Origin: a virus | IMG/VR virus record: IMGVR_UViG_3300045988_174698 | Direction: 5' to 3' (one strand) | Length of the DNA stretch: 64,000 nt | Shown here: positions 55,715 through 64,000 of the stretch, piece by piece | Position numbering within the stretch: position 1 is the stretch's first letter | Layout of the letters: each line of letters starts with the position of its first letter | The notes under the pieces: model-generated | Told to the model about the DNA's origin: nothing | Database searches by the model: none | The model's input: only the letters and a program-made list of their open reading frames with translations | Made by a program: the position numbers and the translations under genes

Positions 55715-57926
55715 TAAATAAATAGTTTATCTTACTATTTATATAAATATTATTATTAAAGTTTTTGAATATTCTTCATAAAAACTCTAGTAATAATATC
55801 TATATTCATCTTACATTGCTCAAATATATCTATTTTATAAGAATCTTTCAGTGGGCTATCCTCTTTGTATGGCCAATGTGCAATTATAAATTCATATTCA
55901 CATCTAGCCCAGTATTGATACATTAATTTTCTCGTTACAAAATCCTTACACTGCTCAAAATTTTCTTTAGAAGGTTTATCTGCTTTATAAGCATCATTAT
56001 ACTTTCTAACTAGGTAAGGCATTATATCATAATAGGTTGGTTTATTTTTATTATATTCTAACCATAATACTTTGAATGGTATCATAAATTTTACTATTAC
56101 AATTTTTCACCTAAATAATTAACTTCTATAACATTTAAATAGTTAACTTTAAATGGATAATCATCAACTATAGTATTATACTGTATACAAACACTTCTTT
56201 TATCTGTATCATGAAAGCAAGATACAACATGATTGAAATTGATATTACAGTTATATCCTTCACCTATAATATTAATAATATTTATCTTTTTCATATTGTA
56301 TTTATGTAAAAGCTCTTAGTAATAAAATCTTAACTTAAAATTCTAAGTGGTTTTTATACTTGGCAGCACATCGAAGAAACCTATATGGATCCTTTATAAA
56401 AATGCGTTTTATATTAGGATTTAAATGGCTAAGATCTGGGTAAAAACAAAAAAAGCCAAACTTACCTGTATCATCTAAAACAACAACAGAGCTCTGGATT
56501 TTATTACCTTTCATGTATATCTGAACGTCGAAATATGGCCTATACCCAAGTTTAACTAGACTGCTGTAAAATAAAAGGAATTGTTTAGATAATATTATAG
56601 TATATGGATATTCTTTCATTATAGTAGTGAATTAATTATTAAGATAGCTTTTTTACTGTCATAACGACCCTTGTAATCAGATTTAGGTATAATATTCAAT
56701 ACCTTATTGACAATATTCTCACCACTAGTAGCATATAATGCTCCACTTGGATGATAAAAATCATGTCGTAAATCTACAACAATTAATGTACGCTTCATAT
56801 AGTTAAATTAAGCATAATAAAATTTGAATAAAGTGTAGACTTTGATCAATATAATATGAAGTAAAATCCTTCATATACTTTTTATAAAGTCCTCTACACT
56901 TCCAGTAATCAATAGCATAATGTCCAACTAGTAACATTATTAATTTCCAAATTGCAGCTAATCCCAAAAAGTGTAATGCAATATAAATACCTAACGCCCA
57001 AATTGCACAATGTACAAACAAGACATAATTATTTTCACATTTATACTTCTTACAAAACTCATCTTGCAACGGATAGTCTAAAACTAAATTTAGAAAGTAA
57101 AGTATAATAAAATTTATCATTATCTAATCTTTATTTTTGAGAACAAACTTCCAATATCTAAGAAGATTTGTATTATCAATACAATAGTATTTACTACAGG
57201 AACCCATATTAAAAGGAAGATCCAATCATTATCTTGATCTACATAAAAAGAATAAAGATCACCTATTGTGCTTCCACACTTGTCTTCTTCAATCCAATCA
57301 AAATACAGGGAAACGTGTAAATAAACAACTCCTATTAGATAAATACCTAAAATAATTAAAAATGTATACATATTAATCCAGTTTTTCCCAGCATTCTTGA
57401 TCAAAATTCCAATGTCTAATATCACAAATATTAAACTCGAAACATAATCCAAGAATGCCGATATTAAAACAAAAGCCTGCATGATCCCCTTTATTATTAT
57501 AACTAATATGGAAATCAAGCAAGCCAAATGTATTGATGTTTATAAACAAATAATAACAAATACCAAATAGTTGAATATCAAAGTCAAAAAATTTTGATAA
57601 CTTAAAGATTTTAAATCTAATAGACATTTCTAATGATTTAAACTCTCCTATAGGGTGCACAAACACCCACCACAAAAAATCTAATTTACAAAGCTTCATA
57701 TTTTTCTTAAATTAGAGTAATAAGCGGTTATAGACTATACTTCTAATTTGGGTTAATAACTAATATTATTGTAATACTTTATATCTTCAATATAAGTTTT
57801 CTGTGTATCTCCAGTAGGCCCTATCATAATATTAGGTTTTATTGTTCCGCATGATATATTAAGTATTACTAAGACTATTATAACTATTTTTACTATTGTT
57901 TTCATCTTTATGTTATTAATGTTTAG

Positions 57927-57999
57927 AGTAGGTAACAGGATTCGAACCTGTGATATAGCTTTTGCAGAGCTGGGCCTTAACCAACTTGGCGATACCTAC
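57927..57999 (-). tRNA. tRNA-Cys (anticodon GCA)
   Basis: The acceptor is GTAGGTA/TACCTAC, the T-arm is CAGG-TTCGAAT-CCTG, and the anticodon loop is CTGCAAA. Confidence 0.65.
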
Positions 58000-58004
58000 A
58001 TGTG

Positions 58005-58095
58005 CGGTAAGGGTGGGATTCCAACCCACGCAGCGATTTCTATACGCTCTAATGCATTTCAAGTGCATCCTCTTAAAGCTCTTGAGTACCTTACC
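58005..58095 (-). tRNA. tRNA-Ser (anticodon UGA), class II with long variable arm
   Basis: The acceptor is GGTAAGG/CCTTACC+G, the anticodon arm is ATGCA-CTTGAAA-TGCAT, the T-arm is GTGGG-TTGGAAT-CCCAC, and the variable arm is 22 nt. Confidence 0.65.
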
Positions 58096-58133
58096 AAATT
58101 TATCTATCTATAAACTTTCTAGTAAGTTATTTG

Positions 58134-58206
58134 CTGGACCGATAGGATTCGAACCCACGTTACCCAAATTAACAGTTTGGTGCTTAAACCACTCAGCCAC
58201 AGTCCA
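58134..58206 (-). tRNA. tRNA-Asn (anticodon GUU)
   Basis: The anticodon arm is CCAAA-CTGTTAA-TTTGG, the T-loop is TTCGAAT, and the acceptor is TGGACTG/CGGTCCA (one G-U pair). Confidence 0.6.
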
Positions 58207-58358
58207 GTACATTTTATATATTTATTACAGATAACTCTGCAAAAGTATTTGCAGAAATATTATAAATTAATTAGTCGAGAATGATAGTAATGCTCTATCC
58301 CCTAGAAATCCCAAATTTCTCGTGCTACTTCCACACCCCATTCTCGATAAACTATCCT

Positions 58359-58592
58359 TTATTCAAGGATAGCGTTTAATTTTGCAAGAACACCTTCGTT
58401 TTTCTTACGAATGTTTTCAAGAGCTTCTTTTTCAGCTTGAGCTGCTTTGATTTCCTCGTCTCTTGCTGCAATTTCTAATTCTGCAGAAGCATTTACTTCT
58501 TTAAGACCATCAATTGCAGTTTTGAAAGCATTTAAAACATTGTCTACTTTCTTAGACAGATCTACAGATGTTTTACTTTTTGAATTAAACAT
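58359..58592 (-). CDS. Small coiled-coil protein
   Basis: ORF track only; the sequence is charged and helical. Confidence 0.3.
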   Translation of the reverse strand: MFNSKSKTSVDLSKKVDNVLNAFKTAIDGLKEVNASAELEIAARDEEIKAAQAEKEALENIRKKNEGVLAKLNAILE

Positions 58593-58639
58593 GTTTAATA
58601 GTTTTTTAAATTAATGCTGTGAGGAGATTTTTGGGACCC

Positions 58640-58711
58640 CCAATAATAGTGAACCATATGAGACTCGAACCCCTCTATTTCCTTGCAAAGGAAATGTGCT
58701 CGCCTTTACAC
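58640..58711 (-). tRNA. tRNA-Ala (anticodon UGC); T-stem and acceptor contain G-U pairs or mismatches
   Basis: The anticodon arm is TTTCC-TTTGCAA-GGAAA, the T-loop is TTCGAGT, and the acceptor is GGGCCAT/ATGGTTC. Confidence 0.5.
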
Positions 58712-58941
58712 TACATGGCCCAAAATACTTAAAGTTTAATACGAAATTGTCTTATTTTATTACATATTTTACAACGCTGTATATAAACTTTTTCAACTTT
58801 AACTGGGCGACTTTGATAGTCATTTTCAAACACCTTTTTTAATTTTTCTTCAACTGTCTCCCAATCATGTACATGAAATTTCAATTCAAACCATTTCTTT
58901 ATAAGTTCTAACATATTATAAAGTTTTTAATAAAATTTTAG

Positions 58942-59024
58942 AGCCTCCTGTCGGACTCGAACCGACGCGTTCAAATGAAGACGGATTACAAAACCGTTGC
59001 AGTCGCCGCTGTGCCAAGGAGGCT
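58942..59024 (-). tRNA. Class-II-like tRNA (83 nt, 15-nt variable region); the anticodon loop TTTTGTAAT is readable as UGU (Thr) or GUA (Tyr)
   Basis: The acceptor is GCCTCCT/AGGAGGC and the T-arm GTCGG-TTCGAGT-CCGAC is perfect. The anticodon stem is ACGG/CCGT. Confidence 0.5.
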
Positions 59025-59998
59025 TATAAACACTATCGTAGTTTGCACGTCTGATTTTTATTGCCACAGAAACTCCATACAAATGATCAATTTATATGTT
59101 AAGAGTTGTTACGCCGCTAATGTCAAATTTAGAAATAACTTATAATGACATAAATTGGTTATAGTTATCCTTGTATCCTATAGAAGTATTCACAAGAAGC
59201 TCGCCATGCATGCTTCTACCAGGCATTGGCACCATAAAGTCATTTCCATATATGTTAGTTAAAACACTTAAATATACTTCTGGAGCAGGAAACATTCCTC
59301 ACTCAAATTTAAGGTAAACCTTATTGTTATAGTCTCTAGCGTTTCTAAGACTTTGTATCTTATTTGGAAATGTAAGATTACCAAATGACTCTGTGGAGAG
59401 TACATTATATCGTTGTCGTAGCTCTTGATATTTTTCTCTAAGATATAAAAGTCTAGATGTGTTTTCCTTAGAAGAATCATAACATTGTATTCTTGTTTTT
59501 ACAGCCAGTGCTTCTAGTTTAATTAAGTGAAGCTGGTGCATAAACTTTTGTCTCTCAACTAGATCATCTGGAACATTATCAAAAGGACATATATCTATAA
59601 AGATCCCTTGGTTAAAGGTAAAATGACCTTCTAAATCCTTTTTGTGAATACATGTTGTGTCACTTCTTCTTAACTTCGTACAGCAATAAAAGGTACTGTC
59701 TGTTCAGTCATTTTGAACAAAATATGGATAATTCAACTCTTTAACTGCACACTCTAAAAATCTATCATAGTCTGTTCTAGGCATAGCAATATCAATATCA
59801 TCGTCCCATGGAATAAATCCACCATGTCTGACAGCACCAAGTAATGTTCCTCCATCTAAATAGTGCTTCAAATGATATTTATCACAGATATTTTTAAACT
59901 GTCATAGCAAATCTAGCTCAACTCCTCAAAGTTCTTTTCTTTCTTTAGACACCAAGAATCCATTTTTTACTTCTGCTTCAAAAAAGTTATCTGGTAAT

Positions 59999-60679
59999 TT
60001 AATATTTAAGTTTACCATTAAATAAAAATTTAGCCAACTCTAAATCATCAGGACTTGTAATTTTAAAATTCATAAGTTCTCCCGAGATATATAAGCATTT
60101 ATTTCCATTATGCTCATATAAGTCAGGTAAAGTCTGATAATTATCTATATTTTTAATCTTTGTAATTATATTATAAAGGCTTCTAAGCATAAAAGTTTCA
60201 GGAGTCTGTAAGATAGCAATTGGCTCCGTTCTTACTCCAGGAACATGTAACGAACTAAGATCTTTTAAAGTGCTAACTGTTGGAATGTATGGAACAACAG
60301 CCGAATTATTAGAATCACAAGAAGACAAACATCTTGTAATTAAATTTGAAGTGAAAAAAGGTCTAACAGAATCATGAAACATAATTTTTTCAATAGAAGG
60401 ATAGTAAGTCATTATGTATTCAAGACCAGCAATTCTAGATCTTAAGCATGAGTACCCTCCTTCTATAATTTTGATATAAGAAAATGGAAAAAGCTTTCGA
60501 AGAATAGGAATATATTCAGGTAGAGTAACTATAACAATTATGTTAAACAGTCTTAACCTAACAAACTTTTCAACAGTCAAATATACTATAGGATGTCCAT
60601 TAATATCTATAAACTGCTTAGGAATATTCATTCCTACCCTAGTTCCTTTTCCAGCAGCATTAATAACTAAGGCATTCAT
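59999..60679 (-). CDS. IspD/TarI-family cytidylyltransferase
   Basis: The N-terminal segment NAAGKGTRVGMNIPKQFIDING and MFHDSVRPF resemble IspD (AAGxGxRMG...PKQYL; VHDAARP). Confidence 0.6.
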   Translation of the reverse strand: MNALVINAAGKGTRVGMNIPKQFIDINGHPIVYLTVEKFVRLRLFNIIVIVTLPEYIPILRKLFPFSYIKIIEGGYSCLRSRIAGLEYIMTYYPSIEKIMFHDSVRPFFTSNLITRCLSSCDSNNSAVVPYIPTVSTLKDLSSLHVPGVRTEPIAILQTPETFMLRSLYNIITKIKNIDNYQTLPDLYEHNGNKCLYISGELMNFKITSPDDLELAKFLFNGKLKY

Positions 60680-60882
60680 ACACTTAATCTTATACTCTTT
60701 TTCTTTTAATACTAGTTAATACACTAAAATAAAGATTCATTTCTATTCCTAAAGTAAAGGATAGTACATAGTACTATTACCACAAACCAGATAAAAAGAA
60801 ATAGTAATATTAGACAGTTAATTAGTACTGTTGCCATAGTATTATTTATTATATGTGAGAAATATTTATTTAATTTTAATAG

Positions 60883-60957
60883 TTGCTCGTTAAAGATTCG
60901 AACTTTAACTTTCACGTTCAAAGCGTGACGTGCACAAACCAAGTACACCAACGAGCA
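60883..60957 (-). tRNA. tRNA-Gln (anticodon UUG)
   Basis: The acceptor is TGCTCGT/ACGAGCA, the anticodon arm is TCACG-CTTTGAA-CGTGA, and the T-arm is TAAAG-TTCGAAT-CTTTA. Confidence 0.6.
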
Positions 60958-61085
60958 GAAGCAAATCCGCAGCAAGAATCCACCACAAATATAAAGATAA
61001 AAGTCAATATAACCAAATATTTGTACACTTATTTCTATAATTTGTACAAATTTTTGAGATTACTATTCAGTATAATAACTAACAC

Positions 61086-61445
61086 TTACTTTTGCTTCTC
61101 TTTTAAATAAGTATAGATAATAATGATCATTAAAGTGATAACAATCATCACGAAGAAATATGTTAATACTGTAACAAAGAAGTTTATCCCTAATATGTTA
61201 TTAACAAAGTGTAATAAATAGCACACTAGAACACAATACAACAAAATTCTATGATAAATACAAAATTTGAATGTAAGAGATAAAACAATGAGACCTATTA
61301 GTACTACCATAACTGTTACCAAATCTACACAACTAATAATTACTGTAGAAATTGTATAGTAACGTAGTAGTATTTTAAATAATATGTTTAGTGCTAGTAA
61401 GAAAGGTGCAAAACGAATGAATATTAAACTAAGTTTCTTTAACAT
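61086..61445 (-). CDS. Polytopic membrane protein
   Basis: Highly hydrophobic 119-aa ORF. Confidence 0.3.
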   Translation of the reverse strand: MLKKLSLIFIRFAPFLLALNILFKILLRYYTISTVIISCVDLVTVMVVLIGLIVLSLTFKFCIYHRILLYCVLVCYLLHFVNNILGINFFVTVLTYFFVMIVITLMIIIIYTYLKEKQK

Positions 61446-61563
61446 TCTATAAAATAAAATATCAAATTAATAATTAATATAATAATCACCCAGCTAATTA
61501 TTGTTAATAATCTCGATAAACACCCTAATCTAGTAAGAATATCATGTGATGTAAGTTTCATTA

Positions 61564-61824
61564 TTAAAATTCAGGTTCAAACATACTAGACGCCCATGAC
61601 CAATAGCCACCATCTTCTTCTATAGAATACAAATAGCCATCATCAGGAAGTCTACCGTCTTGCATTTTATGCCAATATTTAGCTTTACTAATAGTGCATA
61701 CTCTTCCTCCATATTCTGTAAGCATATTTTCTGCAAACCAGTACGAATAATCGAGATCCTTACATCCTGGATCATACTTTTCCTTTATTAAAACATTATC
61801 TCCAATTTTGTATAATGATTCCAT
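61564..61824 (-). CDS. Hypothetical protein
   Basis: ORF track only. Confidence 0.3.
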   Translation of the reverse strand: MESLYKIGDNVLIKEKYDPGCKDLDYSYWFAENMLTEYGGRVCTISKAKYWHKMQDGRLPDDGYLYSIEEDGGYWSWASSMFEPEF

Positions 61825-61845
61825 AAGTTAAAAAGATTTTTGTGT

Positions 61846-62262
61846 GGCTGATGAGAATTGAACTCATGTCCATTCAACTATTAATAATAATTTTATTTAC
61901 ATGCTAGGTTATTTTATTCTCCTATTCCGAAAAATAACAAAACGTATCAGATAGTTTTTATCTTATCTCCTACAACTTATCTGAAATAACTCGGTTCTAT
62001 AATAGTAGTTAGTAATGATTAACTTACATCATCTGCATTAATCTATACAGAAAATCTTTGTCTATTATTTCTCCAGACTTGGATAGCTTAAGCTGCAAAA
62101 GCTACTTGAGCACGCATAGGAGTTGCAAGAGGCATAACCTTGTTAGCCATCTTACGTACAGTGTTCTTAGCGTTTATTTTTTGGTCCAGTTGTTAAAGAA
62201 GTTATACCAGCTCCTGCATGAATTGTTATCAACTATCTTGAATGTCAAAAACCTGGCAGGCC
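61846..62262 (-). ncRNA. ssrA: tmRNA (ssrA)-like RNA; the predicted tag peptide ends ...AQVAFAA*
   Basis: The 5' region is GGGCCTGCCAGGTTTTTGACA (compare GGGGCUGAUUCUGGAUUCGAC). About 92 nt downstream is CAAAAAATAAAC-GCT AAG..., with a tag ORF ending GCTTTTGCAGCTTAA (E. coli GCUUUAGCAGCUUAA). About 250 nt further is the T-arm ATGAG-TTCAATT-CTCAT plus CAGCCAC-A. It lies in a ~700-nt ORF-free gap. Confidence 0.55.
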
Positions 62263-62580
62263 CAAAGACAGGGCAGTTTATACTTATACCCTAGAAGTGG
62301 TCCATAATAGCTAAAGTGTTTAATGCTCTAATTATATAGCAGCGACTAGTATACTGTTATACTTTTCTTGTAACTTCAAGAACTATTACTAAAACTTCAA
62401 TGTGAAGTTCCTAAAAGCCACTTGAGTATTTTTTGGGTTCACTCAAGAATACCGTGTTTTATTGTCGGGATCAAACAACCAAACTACCACCTTTCTATAT
62501 ACAAAGGCAAACTCATACTATCTGGCGTAACCCGTTACTATTATTTATATACCGCTAAGTAACCTAATGCGGTTTACTTT

Positions 62581-63171
62581 TTATCCTTTAAAGTATAATA
62601 ATGTTGGATTATTCTTATGCACATCAATATTCGGATATCGTTTTGCAAAAGTTGACATATCAAAAGGAGTTGTAATTAAATGAAAACCATTTTTAGTAGG
62701 AATCAAAGCCTTAAACTTTGAACCAATAGGTTGACATTCTCGTTCAATAAACAGTAAGATATTATTTACCGCACGATTATCTGTAGGTCCATCAATATCA
62801 ACAACCCATGTTTTATCGTCTTTATTACATGTTGATCCACAAGCATGATCATAACAACGATAAACTTCTTCCATCTGATCATATCGTATTCGTTCAGCAA
62901 GATTCTCTAAACAAACTAACGCTACATCTTTATAGCTTCGCTTGTTTAAATGAATATAAGCACGTGCTTTAAATATAGAACACATTTGCTTAATTTCCTT
63001 TTTCTTGCCTTCGAAATATTCAAGAGAACGTATACAATAGGAACGAACTAAACGGTTATTTACTCCTATATCGGGATTATCCTTTGATCTTTGTATAATC
63101 TGAAGATAATAAAAATCATCTTTAGATTCAAATTTCAAAAGACTTTTAATTAAGTCAAAATTATCTACCAT
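62581..63171 (-). CDS. Archaeo-eukaryotic primase (AEP)/PrimPol-like small protein
   Basis: Motif I-like is WVVDIDGP and motif II-like is IPTKNGFHLITTPFD. Confidence 0.4.
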   Translation of the reverse strand: MVDNFDLIKSLLKFESKDDFYYLQIIQRSKDNPDIGVNNRLVRSYCIRSLEYFEGKKKEIKQMCSIFKARAYIHLNKRSYKDVALVCLENLAERIRYDQMEEVYRCYDHACGSTCNKDDKTWVVDIDGPTDNRAVNNILLFIERECQPIGSKFKALIPTKNGFHLITTPFDMSTFAKRYPNIDVHKNNPTLLYFKG

Positions 63172-63250
63172 TTTCTTTAATAAGTAAATTTAATTTGCAT
63201 ATACAAAATATTTTTATTATATTTGATTTAATTATTAAATCAAATAAATC

Positions 63251-63628
63251 ATGAATATATTAATAAAAACATGTACGGTTTGTAAAGAATCAAAAGCCTT
63301 AGATGAGTTTCCAAAGCATCCACAGCATAAAGATGGATACAATAGTGTTTGTAAAAAATGTATGCAAAAAAGCAATAAAAAATGTAGATCAAATAAAAAG
63401 ATTCATTTTATAAAGAAAATAGGAGGAGAATGTACAAATTGTAAAATAAAATTGACTGAAAATAATTGACCAATATTTGATTTTCATCATATAGATCCTT
63501 CCCAAAAAGAAGTTTCTTGATCAACATTAAGAAATTGAAGTAATGATAAAATTGAAAAAGAATTAAACAAATGCACTTTACTATGTGCTAATTGTCATAG
63601 ACTTTTACACGCAAAGACTAAAGATTAA
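63251..63628 (+). CDS. HNH endonuclease (plus strand, 3 TGA codons)
   Basis: CTVC...C..C, then after the TGA ...FDFHHIDPSQKEVSW...LLCANCHRLLHAKTKD*. Confidence 0.55.
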
Positions 63629-63668
63629 CTTTAGTCTTTTATTTTTATCTATTACTATTATTCTAGTC

Positions 63669-63712
63669 AATAAAAAATAGAGCCTACACCTCCGATCAAG
63701 GAGATGTAGGCA
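63669..63712. terminator. Strong hairpin terminator (GCCTACACCTCC...GGAGATGTAGGC) followed by T-rich tract
   Basis: Perfect ~12-bp inverted repeat immediately after the HNH stop. Confidence 0.6.
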
Positions 63713-63840
63713 ATGTTTATCGTCTTTTAAGAGCTTCATAATTTTTATATGGGCCCCTCCTCTTAGTAAAGGTTTTTCCTTTACCGTGTTAGAGGAAACT
63801 ATAGTGTTCTACTATAGAGACTACACCTTTGATTTAGCAG

Positions 63841-63999
63841 GTAGGCTTTTCTGCTTTGTAATTAGGTAAGTATAGAGCATTATGCCTTACTCTACGGTAA
63901 ACAGTTCTATACGAAAGTTCTCCTGTCTTTTTATCAAAAACAGGGTTGCCTTCTTCATCTACTTTAACTTCTTTAAAGGGCATTGTAATAGCCTTCATT
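63841..63999 (-). CDS. Small hypothetical protein (53 aa), start near the window end
   Basis: Manual translation reads MKAITMPFKEVKVDEEGNPVFDKKTGELSYRTVYRRVRHNALYLPNYKAEKPTC*. Confidence 0.3.
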
Positions 64000-64000
64000 T

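Noticed and set aside
58270-58345. 75-nt region with 9-bp terminal inverted repeats (TCGAGAATG...CATTCTCGA) next to the tRNA cluster, considered as an additional tRNA
   Set aside because: It has no T-loop, the candidate anticodon loop lacks U33, and no consistent cloverleaf forms. It may be a regulatory hairpin, but there is not enough evidence to call.
61846-61875. T-arm plus 3' acceptor strand without a 5' half, considered as a tRNA fragment marking a phage attachment (attP) site
   Set aside because: The surrounding 400 nt carry a tmRNA-like 5' domain, a tag-peptide ORF ending GCUUUUGCAGCUUAA and correct spacing. The tmRNA explanation fits better, and no integrase is nearby.
1-64000. CRISPR arrays, integrase/att sites and long direct repeats
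   Set aside because: No spaced direct-repeat arrays and no tyrosine or serine recombinase motifs were seen. The only multi-copy sequences are the intron-family blocks and the paralogous homing-endonuclease segment.

Overview
This window is AT-rich (roughly 70% A+T) and reads as a segment of a large phage-like genome. Almost all genes run on the minus strand (6229..~63170); two very large plus-strand genes converge on them at 1..6161.

The main observation is that TGA is a sense codon throughout. Every long gene is broken into several six-frame ORFs that are in frame and separated only by TGA. TGA aligns with conserved Trp residues in the dNMP kinase and RNase H, so the code is most consistent with translation table 4 (TGA=Trp).

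Recognisable content:
- A T4-like replication and nucleotide-metabolism module: family-B DNA polymerase, DnaB-like helicase, DnaG/Toprim primase, AEP prim-pol-like protein, SSB with a DLPF tail, Dda-like and DEAH helicases, RNase H, Hjc-like resolvase, PNK-like kinase, dNMP kinase, ThyX, dUTPase, class-II-like ribonucleotide reductase, GMP reductase.
- A MoxR-like AAA ATPase paired with a VWA/metallopeptidase protein.
- Cellular-type translation and iron genes: IF3, ferritin, a tmRNA-like RNA, and at least 7 tRNAs.
- A 7-gene cluster of amidoligase, Ntn-glutamine amidotransferase, class-I amidotransferase and ATP-grasp enzymes.
- An IspD/TarI-like cytidylyltransferase next to membrane proteins.

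Six group I introns are present. Five belong to one sequence family and split the MoxR ATPase, DnaB helicase, ferritin, RNR and a tRNA gene; three of these carry homing-endonuclease ORFs. A sixth, Tetrahymena-like intron splits DNA polymerase motif A. The intron-containing tRNA can be spliced in silico into a long-variable-arm tRNA with anticodon UCA, a candidate UGA decoder.

All coordinates come from manual reading of the sequence; exon/intron junctions and RNA ends are approximate where stated.
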